Part shown: in pieces, positions 18,808-27,211 of the stretch | Layout: every line of letters begins with the position of its first letter | Numbering within the stretch: position 1 is the stretch's first letter | Assembly (NCBI GenBank): GCA_048938855.1 | Contig: JBHLLT010000024.1 | Span: 1-42,883 of the forward strand | DNA length: 42,883 nucleotides | DNA from: Promethearchaeota archaeon | Lineage (GTDB): Archaea; Asgardarchaeota; Lokiarchaeia; Sigyniarchaeales; SOKP01 | Direction of reading: 5' to 3' | Notes under the pieces: model-generated | What the model saw: only the letters and a program-made list of their open reading frames with translations | What the model was told of the DNA's origin: nothing | Database searches by the model: none | Program-made: the position numbers and the translations under genes

Positions 18808-19575
18808 ATGGAAACTACTTTAGAAGACTTAAGAAAAAACCATAGTGATAAGTTACCCAAGCACATTGGACTCATCGTTGATGGAATTTAGAAGAGATCT
18901 CCACTTCTAAACAAAAACAGACGATGGGCAGCAAAAAGAAATCTTGATGTTAATTTTGGGCATTTAGTTGGGTATGAAAACCTGAAAAAAAGGTTATTTG
19001 ATTTTTTTGATGCAGGGATCCATTATTTAAGTCTGTACATTCTATCTCTTGAAAATGTTAAAAAACGAAGTGCTGAAGAGCTTAAATATATCTATAAAAT
19101 TATGATAAAAGCTGTTGACACAGTTATTAACGAGTCGATTGTAAAAGAGGAAAAAGTAAGGTTTAGTGTTATTGGCAGAATTTCAATGCTACCACCGAAA
19201 GCAAAAGCAAAAATTCAAGAGTTAATAAATTTTACAAAAGCTCACGATCAAAATTTTATAAATCTCTGCATTATGTATGATGGCCATGAGGAAATTGTTG
19301 ATGCTGTAAAATCTATCATCAAGGATTCTGTAAATGTAGAAGATATAGATGTTGAATTAATTAAGAAATATTTATACACCAAAAATTTCCCGCCCCTAGA
19401 TTATATAATTAGAACTGGGATGGATGATGGTGCAAGAATTTCAGGATTTCTATTGTGGGATTCTTCTTATGCTGAATTTAAATTTCGGGAAGATCTATGG
19501 CCTGATTATAATAAAGAAATGGTAATTGAAGATCTTGAAGATTATATAAGAAGAAATCGAAGGATGGGAAAATAA
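18808..19575 (+). CDS. uppS: cis-prenyltransferase (UppS family) interrupted by a 30-nt insertion; 245 aa if the insert is removed
   Basis: ATG 18808 is in frame with the 19102 ORF: METTLEDLRKNHSDKLPKHIGLIVDG-[I*KRSPLLNK]-NRRWAAKR...GH...SLENVKKRSAEE...YDGHEEI...DYIIRTG...RISGFLLW...RRMGK. The only internal stop is TAG 18889-18891, inside the insert. Confidence 0.9.
18886..18916 (+). other. Candidate 30-nt archaeal-type (relaxed BHB/BHL) mRNA intron in uppS
   Basis: Removing 30 nt (18885-18914, 18886-18915 or 18887-18916 are equivalent) restores GAT GGA AAC AGA CGA (DGNRR). Perfect 8-bp hairpin TTTAGAAG (18887-94) / CTTCTAAA (18904-11). Flanking CTCATCGTT (18871-79) pairs with GACGATGGG (18920-28). 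Confidence 0.6.
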
Positions 19576-19694
19576 TCTTCATGACTTTTTTTTAAAAACC
19601 TCAAAATAGTTAACCAATTATTAATTATCAAACCTAAAAAATAAAGAGACATTTGAATAAGTATTAATCAACTGACCAAAAAAACCTTTGAATC

Positions 19695-21548
19695 ATGTCA
19701 AATGTAGACAGAACCATCTCTTTGAATATTTCCAAATTTCCGCAAAATTTGTTAATTTCAGGTATTGAGAATGAAGTTAAAATACATGCAGTAAACACTT
19801 CAAGCAAAAAAGAGACATACAAATTCGATTTTGAAGGGGAGAATTTAAAAATAAAAGTGGAACCAGAAGTTTTCAATAATCATCTAGAATTTAATCCAGG
19901 AGAAACCAAAGAAATAACCTTAAAATTAGAACCTACTATTGATGGTTTTGGAAAATTAATTATTAATATAAATTGGCTTAAGATTACTGAATACACAGTT
20001 AAGGTACAAAAAGTTAGGAATGTTGCTCCTACCAGCAAAATGAAATCAATCCTAAAATCTCACGTATTCACTATTACTGAAAAACTTGAGATGTTTGATT
20101 CAGAAGAATATTTTATACATATGGACCAAAATGCGATTACTAAAGCAGAACAACAGTTAGAAAGTTTAAAAAGTGAATTCAATTCAGCACAATCTATGGG
20201 ATCGCCAACTTCTCAACTACTGGAAAAAATAGACGCCTATATTATTCAAATAGCGAAAGGTTACCTTTCAATTAATAATCCCCTAAAAGCTTTAGAATAT
20301 GCATTAATGCTTTCAAAAAGTAATGAACAACTTGACTTATATACAAATTTAATTCGAGCATATGCTTCTAAGGATTTTGATCAGATGATTCAATTAACTC
20401 AAAATATGCAAGATTTAACTTTAAAAAATAAAATTATAAAATCGTTAGCTCTTGATCGTGTTAAAATTAATCCTGAACAAGCAATTAACACAACAACTTT
20501 AATTCCAGAGCCTTCTGCTAAAGAAGAATTCATGAGTAATATATTCAGCAAAGTCATTGAGACTGATGCTAAATTAGCCTTGAAATTCATAAACCAAATT
20601 GATAATGATTTTCAAAAAGTTAGGGTTTTGTTTAATATAGCAAAAGAATTATATGGTCAAAATGCTCAATCAGATGTTATTAATGTTTTTAATCTAATCG
20701 TTCAAATAGGGCTCATTTCTTACAATAAAAATCAAGATAATAGAAAATTAAGAAAATTATCTTATGAAAATATAAAGAATGCAATTAATGCTCTTGCTGA
20801 ATATGACAGTCCTAACACTGCTCATGCTATTGTTGAAAATATTTCAATTCAAGAACTTAAAGAAAAACTAACAAAAGATCTATTTGATATTATTTATGAG
20901 ATGGTTGATGAAGTACAGACTAAGGTAGAAGCTACTCCCGTATTTTCTCAATATTTCTTATTGAATACTTTTGTATCTCAAGTTAATAGGGAGATTACAA
21001 ATTTTAGCCTAAAAGGTGGAAATCTTAGTAATAATATTCTTGTGGATGATTTCAATTTTAATATAGCATTTCTCTCCTTATTTAGTTTTGATTTTAGTAT
21101 TTTTCCGATATTGGATCGAGTATATAATGATATAAAATATTCATTAAACAAATCAATTGCATATTTCGTTTTTCCATCAAAAGAAAATTATAACCAAAAT
21201 GAGTTAAACACTCTTAAAACTTCATTAAAACAATTTTTCAAGAATCTAAGCAATGCTCCAGGACAAGTATTAATATTTAATTTAGATTTTATTCCCTATT
21301 TAGGAAAACCGACGATAATAATATCTTCAGAAAATGCTTTAGGTGAACCTTTTTATTCAAAGATTAAAAAGATTGGAGAAAAGATAGAACTAATTGAAGA
21401 TAATTCTCTATTTAAAGGTGGTAAAATCTCTCATGAGCTCGCAGAGATATTTCCATCAAATAAAGCTAAAATCATCAATTTAGTCCTATCATATGAATTT
21501 TTCAATGATTATGACATTTTTAAAACTTTTATCCAATCTTTACTTTGA
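19695..21548 (+). CDS. Hypothetical protein: N-terminal Ig-like beta domain, alpha-solenoid, C-terminal alpha/beta domain
   Basis: 617-aa ORF; N...FNPGETKEITLKLEP-x2-DG is an Ig/CARDB-like pattern, followed by short helical-pair repeats (e.g. NPLKALEYA, NPEQAINTT, DAKLALKFI). Confidence 0.6.
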   Translation: MSNVDRTISLNISKFPQNLLISGIENEVKIHAVNTSSKKETYKFDFEGENLKIKVEPEVFNNHLEFNPGETKEITLKLEPTIDGFGKLIININWLKITEYTVKVQKVRNVAPTSKMKSILKSHVFTITEKLEMFDSEEYFIHMDQNAITKAEQQLESLKSEFNSAQSMGSPTSQLLEKIDAYIIQIAKGYLSINNPLKALEYALMLSKSNEQLDLYTNLIRAYASKDFDQMIQLTQNMQDLTLKNKIIKSLALDRVKINPEQAINTTTLIPEPSAKEEFMSNIFSKVIETDAKLALKFINQIDNDFQKVRVLFNIAKELYGQNAQSDVINVFNLIVQIGLISYNKNQDNRKLRKLSYENIKNAINALAEYDSPNTAHAIVENISIQELKEKLTKDLFDIIYEMVDEVQTKVEATPVFSQYFLLNTFVSQVNREITNFSLKGGNLSNNILVDDFNFNIAFLSLFSFDFSIFPILDRVYNDIKYSLNKSIAYFVFPSKENYNQNELNTLKTSLKQFFKNLSNAPGQVLIFNLDFIPYLGKPTIIISSENALGEPFYSKIKKIGEKIELIEDNSLFKGGKISHELAEIFPSNKAKIINLVLSYEFFNDYDIFKTFIQSLL

Positions 21549-21582
21549 ATTAAAGAAAATTATCAAAAATTATAAACTCAAA

Positions 21583-21594
21583 TTTTTATATATA
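21583..21594 (+). promoter_or_regulatory. Putative TATA box for the ligase gene
   Basis: TTTTTATATATA about 70 nt upstream of ATG 21661; weak evidence in AT-rich DNA. Confidence 0.3.
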
Positions 21595-21660
21595 TTGTAA
21601 AAAAACAGAAGATATCTTTAAACAGAAAATAGCTCAAAGTAATCAAAAGGGAAGACTTTT

Positions 21661-23331
21661 ATGGCAAAAGACAAAAAGAAGAAACAAAAGAAAGAAAAAA
21701 AACAGAAACATAAATCTGGACAAAGTGCAGACGCGATTTCTAACATATATGCTAAGAAAGGTAAAGCAGTAGCACCAAGTGTTTCATTAGGAAAGAGCAT
21801 CGATAGGTCTGGAGATAAATTATTTTTAGGGTCAGATTATCGAGAAGTATATATCCCTGAAAGACCATGGGCAGATATGTTAGCGGATACTGAACACTGG
21901 ACTCCTTTAGCATTCACTCATGGTATCGAGATGGAGTTAATAATCGCGGATGATAATGGTGATTATCCTCCTGGGGAAGAAATGGTTTTTAGAATGAAAG
22001 AAATTGTAAAAGATGCTATCAAAATCATGGATGGGATCTTATATGAGGGGAGAAGCGATTTTTTACCCGTACCAGATTATATTAGACAAAAGGTTTTAGC
22101 CAGACCTTGGGGACGAGATGATCTTGAAAAGGGATATGCAATGAATATTCGCTACGCATTAGGAGATGGTTCAGTCGATATTGATACATTTGCCAGAGAT
22201 GGAAACGTAACAGCAATTACATATATATTAGAGCTCGTTACACCTCCATGCATGTATGTTGAAGAATTAGCATTCTGGGCGAGTACATTATTTTTATTGG
22301 CAAAAGCCACATTACCTAAAGATTTACACATAATTGCTTCTGCTATAAATCCAGCGACTAGTGAATATATGAGAGGGGTAAGTCAGGCGGACCACAGTCA
22401 CATTGGTACTTTTGAATCAGAAATAGAAAAAATTCAAGCTTATTGTATGATCCGTAATTTTATCCCCCACATTATTGCTCTTACTTGCAATTCGCCTATT
22501 ATAAACAATAAACCCACAGATGTAGTAAAAATAATTAATGGTCGTATCACAGCGCCTAATTGTGTTAGATCTTTGCGATTGAAAAATAATACTACTATGT
22601 TAAGTAATAATGATCCTAATCATTTCATTCCGTATTTAACATCGTCAGATCAGAATTCGCAAAACTATTTTCTCCAAATTGTACAAAAAGCTAGTCTAGA
22701 AGATGGGCGCTTTCAAGACGTATTCCCTTTTACAGATTGGGGTACAATTGAGGTTCGCATAAGTGATGCTCAAATTTCTATTTGTCGTCGAATTGGTATT
22801 GCCCTATTAATACAAACTATGTGCTATAAGGCTAGAAAATTACTCCAGCGAGGAGTATGGGTTCCAGATGCAGGAAGCAATACTATTGCACCTAATCGTA
22901 AGGGTGCCATTGAACGTGGGTTAATTTCCTTATTTAGACCTGCACCTGATCTAACTCGAGAAAATCTAGCTCAATATGACCCTGAATTTGCCGAACAATA
23001 TTTAGGACCGAAAGATCAACCAATACGTTATATGATGCAGGCAGTGCAAAGAATGTTTTTCTATTTAAAAGATGAATTGAAGGAGTTAGGATTTTTATAC
23101 TCTCCATTTATGAAACCTATTTTACAATCTGTATTTGGGAGTGTTTCATATGCTCAACCCCCAATAACGGAAGCTGAGTATCAACTTTCACTTTACGATT
23201 ATAAATTGAAAAATGGAGAAAATCCAAGTATCCTATATGATTTAATATATTTTACTATTCAATATTGTCAGGATCCTTTAAATAATCCACTTACAGGAGT
23301 TTTAACACTCCCAAAAGAGATGAGAGACTAG
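21661..23331 (+). CDS. Glutamate-cysteine ligase family 2 (GCS2/YbdK-like) carboxylate-amine ligase with Lys-rich N-terminus
   Basis: GIEMEL (ExE), ILELVTPP, HSHIG, ALTCNSP, S-x-R, D-x-FP...GTIEVRISDAQ. Confidence 0.8.
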   Translation: MAKDKKKKQKKEKKQKHKSGQSADAISNIYAKKGKAVAPSVSLGKSIDRSGDKLFLGSDYREVYIPERPWADMLADTEHWTPLAFTHGIEMELIIADDNGDYPPGEEMVFRMKEIVKDAIKIMDGILYEGRSDFLPVPDYIRQKVLARPWGRDDLEKGYAMNIRYALGDGSVDIDTFARDGNVTAITYILELVTPPCMYVEELAFWASTLFLLAKATLPKDLHIIASAINPATSEYMRGVSQADHSHIGTFESEIEKIQAYCMIRNFIPHIIALTCNSPIINNKPTDVVKIINGRITAPNCVRSLRLKNNTTMLSNNDPNHFIPYLTSSDQNSQNYFLQIVQKASLEDGRFQDVFPFTDWGTIEVRISDAQISICRRIGIALLIQTMCYKARKLLQRGVWVPDAGSNTIAPNRKGAIERGLISLFRPAPDLTRENLAQYDPEFAEQYLGPKDQPIRYMMQAVQRMFFYLKDELKELGFLYSPFMKPILQSVFGSVSYAQPPITEAEYQLSLYDYKLKNGENPSILYDLIYFTIQYCQDPLNNPLTGVLTLPKEMRD

Positions 23332-23362
23332 TTATCATTATTAAAAAATAGGGGATAAATTA

Positions 23363-24910
23363 ATGTTAACATGTACTATAGAACAAGATGGAAAGAAAAG
23401 AGTAGAACATCTACTTGTAATCGATGCTCATTCTCATCTTGGTCAAGATGTAGATGGAGCCACTATGATGAATCCTTTAGCTCCAGGAGTTGGGACATTC
23501 GATTTTTGGGGCAATGTCCAAGGAAGAGTACAAGCTGATTGGGAGAAAACTGGAGAACAGTCTTTTACTACAACCATGGATGGAAAATTTACGAAAATCT
23601 CATGGTCTTTTACACCTTTTCCATTCACAGATCAACTTTATAGAGAGCTTGAGAAGATAGGAAAGAAATTTTCTGATTTAAAACAGAAATCGAAATTTTA
23701 TTCCTTTATCGATATGGGTATTTGCTTCCCTTTTCAAGATGTTTTTAGGGATAAAATGCCAGAAGCATTGTACAGAGCGAGTAATATTAATGTATCACGC
23801 TTTACAACAAGATTTCCATTTTCTATGAAATTAGTTGGTTATGGTCGTTGCGATCCAATGGAAGGGCAGAAAGCTATAAATGAAGTGAAATATATCCGGG
23901 AAACTCTTGGTCTACGAGGGTTAAAATTGCATCCTAGATCTGAAGGTTATATTGATAATATGACTTCAGAAAAAGTCATTAATGTTCTTGTTGAAGCTGC
24001 TAGTTATTCCTTACCTGTTATTTTTGATACAAGAGGTCGGGGGTCAATATTAGAAATTGGGAAATTAATCAGAGCATCAAGAAATGTAATCCAATCAAAA
24101 TTTCCAGATTTATTGCCTCATTTTAAAGTGATTATAGCGCATTTTGCCCAAGGAAACATTGATGATTATGAAGTATATAATACTATTGTCCAACCAAACA
24201 CCTATGGAGATCTTTCAATGTTACATGGTGCCGGTGCTGGGAATTTTTTTGAAAGTTTTCGCAAATGGTTTCAATCTCATAACAAAAAAAGCGTAGATAA
24301 TCGAGATTGGTCCGAGTATCTTCTTTTTGCTACAGATTATCCTTATTTTGGTGATGCTCATGCCCAAAAATTAATGAAATATATAATAAATAAGCAATTT
24401 TTTGATACAGGAGGTAAGCTTACAGATGTTAGAAATATTTTAGGGTTAAACCAATTAAGGATTTTACCAGAGTATAATACACCTCAATATCAAAAAGAAA
24501 CTAAAGCTATCCCTAGCATATTAGTTTCAAATCCGCAATTTAAACAGAATAAGGTAAGTGCTTATGACACATCTGTTATGGCTTTAGCAAGGTTAATTGT
24601 GGACAACAAAATTGATATTAAAAAACTATGTATTCAATTTAAAGATACTTGGGACTTTTTTAGTGAAAATGTGCTATTAAATATTCAATCAAATAACACA
24701 AAAGAAGAAAAAGATATATTATTAATGAGTCTAGTGAAAGATCAAATAGCCCTTTTTGCGCCATTACATTCAACCATTGATTGGAAAAAATTCGGATATA
24801 ATTATTTTAATCCTGAAGATCGCGCTTTTTTTGCATCAGTGTTTAAAAGCAATTACTTAAGTACTGATGTTTCAAAAACTGTAGATACTTTTTCTCACGT
24901 ATATTCTTAA
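23363..24910 (+). CDS. Amidohydrolase-2-family TIM-barrel metalloenzyme with C-terminal extension
   Basis: IDAHSHLG, GLRGLKLHP, IIAHF, LLFATDYPY, ILGLN. Confidence 0.82.
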   Translation: MLTCTIEQDGKKRVEHLLVIDAHSHLGQDVDGATMMNPLAPGVGTFDFWGNVQGRVQADWEKTGEQSFTTTMDGKFTKISWSFTPFPFTDQLYRELEKIGKKFSDLKQKSKFYSFIDMGICFPFQDVFRDKMPEALYRASNINVSRFTTRFPFSMKLVGYGRCDPMEGQKAINEVKYIRETLGLRGLKLHPRSEGYIDNMTSEKVINVLVEAASYSLPVIFDTRGRGSILEIGKLIRASRNVIQSKFPDLLPHFKVIIAHFAQGNIDDYEVYNTIVQPNTYGDLSMLHGAGAGNFFESFRKWFQSHNKKSVDNRDWSEYLLFATDYPYFGDAHAQKLMKYIINKQFFDTGGKLTDVRNILGLNQLRILPEYNTPQYQKETKAIPSILVSNPQFKQNKVSAYDTSVMALARLIVDNKIDIKKLCIQFKDTWDFFSENVLLNIQSNNTKEEKDILLMSLVKDQIALFAPLHSTIDWKKFGYNYFNPEDRAFFASVFKSNYLSTDVSKTVDTFSHVYS

Positions 24911-25024
24911 ATTATTAATGGTTGAAGAAACCCTAATATATTCTTTTATAGTAATTATTATTAGTGAAAATAATATAAAGCTGCATTTTAACCAACACGA
25001 TTAATTGCTTTTTAGGGATATAAA

Positions 25025-26071
25025 TTGAAAGGAATTGTGATTTTAAAGCTAGATAAGAAAACAGATTTAGTGAAAGATGTGGAATTCCCTGAAAATATAT
25101 GCGAAGAATTAGGAGTAACGGACTCAATGCTTTCAACTGTATTTGAAGAACACAAGAGAGTAAGAACAGGACCTAATTATTTAGAAATGCAAATAAAACG
25201 TGACCTAAGTGTAGCCAGTTTTTTTACGGGTCATTCTTCCAAACATTTTATTGGGAAAGGAGATAATGTAATTACGGTATTCCTTTCTGATGAAGATATA
25301 CTCCCTAGAAATTTTGAAGGACAAGTACGAAGAATCGCATTCGAACTATTACCACAAAGAAAAGAAAAAAAATTTAAAGAACTAGTCGCAAAATCTTATG
25401 AGTTGTTAGAAAAAGGTGAACTCGACGCTTATTGGCAAGAGAGAATGGAATTTGAAGAAGAAATTGGAGAAAAGAAAGAAAAAATTGATGATCTTGCTCA
25501 GAAAGTATCTATGCTGGTTTCTGATAGAACCGACCATCTTAGAAATGTAGAAGCATTAAAGAATGAAGTAGCAAAGTTGTATTCAAAATTAGAAAGTTGG
25601 AGTAGTCAAATGGCAGAATTAAACGAGTATAATGCAACTTTAACCTCAAAAAATAAAGAACTTACCAGATTATTAAATGTTCAAAAATTATCATTGAATC
25701 AGAAAGACGAGCGTATAAATAATTTAAAAGCGAAATTAGATGATACAGATGTAATTGAGAAAGGTGCTGAAAAGTTGCTTGTAGAAATTAAAAAGATAAA
25801 ATTGGAGAACAATAAATTAAAGCAAGAGATTCAACAATTAAACGAAATAAATAAAAAGCTTAAATTTCAAGCGTTAAAAGCAAAGCGAGAGAGTGAATCC
25901 GTTCCGAATTTGGATAAGGAAATTAAAATATTAAATGATAAGCTCTTAGGCGTAAATAATGAGAAGGAAAATATTAAGAGAGAATTAACTGATTTAAGGG
26001 AAGAAATTAAGCTAATTAGACAAGAACGTGATAAATATTATAAAATTATAAAAGAAAAGAATCTTATTTAA
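25025..26071 (+). CDS. uDENN/longin-like N-terminal domain plus ~200-aa coiled coil
   Basis: MKGIVILKLD-x10-FP start resembles the Asgard G-x4-W/F-D-x3-G-x6-YP family; C-terminal half is E/K/L heptad-rich. Confidence 0.55.
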   Translation: MKGIVILKLDKKTDLVKDVEFPENICEELGVTDSMLSTVFEEHKRVRTGPNYLEMQIKRDLSVASFFTGHSSKHFIGKGDNVITVFLSDEDILPRNFEGQVRRIAFELLPQRKEKKFKELVAKSYELLEKGELDAYWQERMEFEEEIGEKKEKIDDLAQKVSMLVSDRTDHLRNVEALKNEVAKLYSKLESWSSQMAELNEYNATLTSKNKELTRLLNVQKLSLNQKDERINNLKAKLDDTDVIEKGAEKLLVEIKKIKLENNKLKQEIQQLNEINKKLKFQALKAKRESESVPNLDKEIKILNDKLLGVNNEKENIKRELTDLREEIKLIRQERDKYYKIIKEKNLI

Positions 26072-26165
26072 ACTATTTTCAGTTTTAGAAAAAATTTTAA
26101 GATTTTTTAAATAATTCACAAGAAAATCGAGATTTGACACACTGTCTTGAAATTGTCTTTTGATC

Positions 26166-27020
26166 TTATGATTTGTCAATATAATGTTTTTTTATGAAAT
26201 TCATATTCATTTGAACCGCATCTTTAGTTGATATTCCTCCGTGCCCTGCCACATAAATTTCAATGTCCATTTCTAAAATATTCTTCAAATTCTCGAACAA
26301 CTTTAAAGGATCAATAGCATTAAACCTCCCAGTATCATTTGGAGCCCAACTATCATCCAAATTAGCAAATAATAAATCTCCCATAAAACAAATTTTTTCA
26401 TCTGGAAAATAGGCTATAATGTCAGATTCTGTATGGCCTGTGCCAAATGGTATCAACTGAATAGTTCTTTTAGTTCCGTTTATTATTAATTTATCTTTAA
26501 TCAAGAAATTAGGTAATCTAATTGTGAAATTTGGATCTTTAACAGAGTTATAAAACTCTATATCATTATATATTTCAGTTTCACCATATGGGGGATTATC
26601 AGATGTTAACATTTCCTTTCGCTTCTGAAGTTCTTCATCTGCAGTATTTCTAAAATTTTTTAACTGCTCAAAGCAGACTTCTTTTATATTTTCTAGTGTA
26701 AGCTGAGTACTTACAATTGGAATGTTTTCTGGAAAAATGCAATTCCCAAACAAATGATCACCATGAAAATGACTATTAATAATTAACGAAGGATCTTTTT
26801 GATATAACTCTTTTATAAGATTATATAAATCTTGAGTAGCACCCGGATAGAATAGTGTATCAAAAACAACTATATAATTGCCTAAATCAAAGAGTCCTGC
26901 ACTCACACGTGCTTCAGAATCATTTTTAGATAATGCAGTAAAGATACCTTCTGATAACTCAAAAAGATCGAAATATTTTGATTTAAAATCAATTTGTTTA
27001 TAGTTCATAATAATTTTCAC
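26166..27020 (-). CDS. Metallo-beta-lactamase-fold hydrolase (cyclase-like), copy 1
   Basis: SHFHGDH, GHT, GDLLF, AGHG; alternative start ATG 27008. Confidence 0.88.
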   Translation of the reverse strand: MKIIMNYKQIDFKSKYFDLFELSEGIFTALSKNDSEARVSAGLFDLGNYIVVFDTLFYPGATQDLYNLIKELYQKDPSLIINSHFHGDHLFGNCIFPENIPIVSTQLTLENIKEVCFEQLKNFRNTADEELQKRKEMLTSDNPPYGETEIYNDIEFYNSVKDPNFTIRLPNFLIKDKLIINGTKRTIQLIPFGTGHTESDIIAYFPDEKICFMGDLLFANLDDSWAPNDTGRFNAIDPLKLFENLKNILEMDIEIYVAGHGGISTKDAVQMNMNFIKKHYIDKS

Positions 27021-27184
27021 TTAAACGTTTAATTAAATGAAAAAATGAATTAAAATTATTTATAGGTTAATTTAATAAACTTCATTTGAACTTGAAATAA
27101 ACGTTGAACTAAATAATAACTTTTGGCAGAAATGATTCTCTTTGTATTGAATAATATAATTAAATAATTATTGAGAGTTATATA

Positions 27185-27209
27185 TTTAAAAAAAAAAAAT
27201 AAACAATTT
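27185..27209 (-). terminator. Oligo-U archaeal terminator after MBL copy 2
   Basis: Long A run on the + strand (T run on the - strand) just past the stop codon. Confidence 0.45.
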
Positions 27210-27211
27210 TA

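Noticed and set aside
18889-18891. TAG readthrough (pyrrolysine) as the explanation for uppS
   Set aside because: Readthrough would leave 10 extra residues inside the DGNRR diphosphate-binding loop, and no pyl genes are in the window. Disfavoured, not excluded.
18885-18916. Insert as a MITE or IS footprint
   Set aside because: No clear target-site duplication beyond one or two A's, no second copy and no transposase seen in the window. A genome-wide search is needed to exclude it.
19102-19575. 157-aa ORF taken as a complete gene
   Set aside because: It lacks the N-terminal UppS motifs, which are present in frame upstream from ATG 18808.
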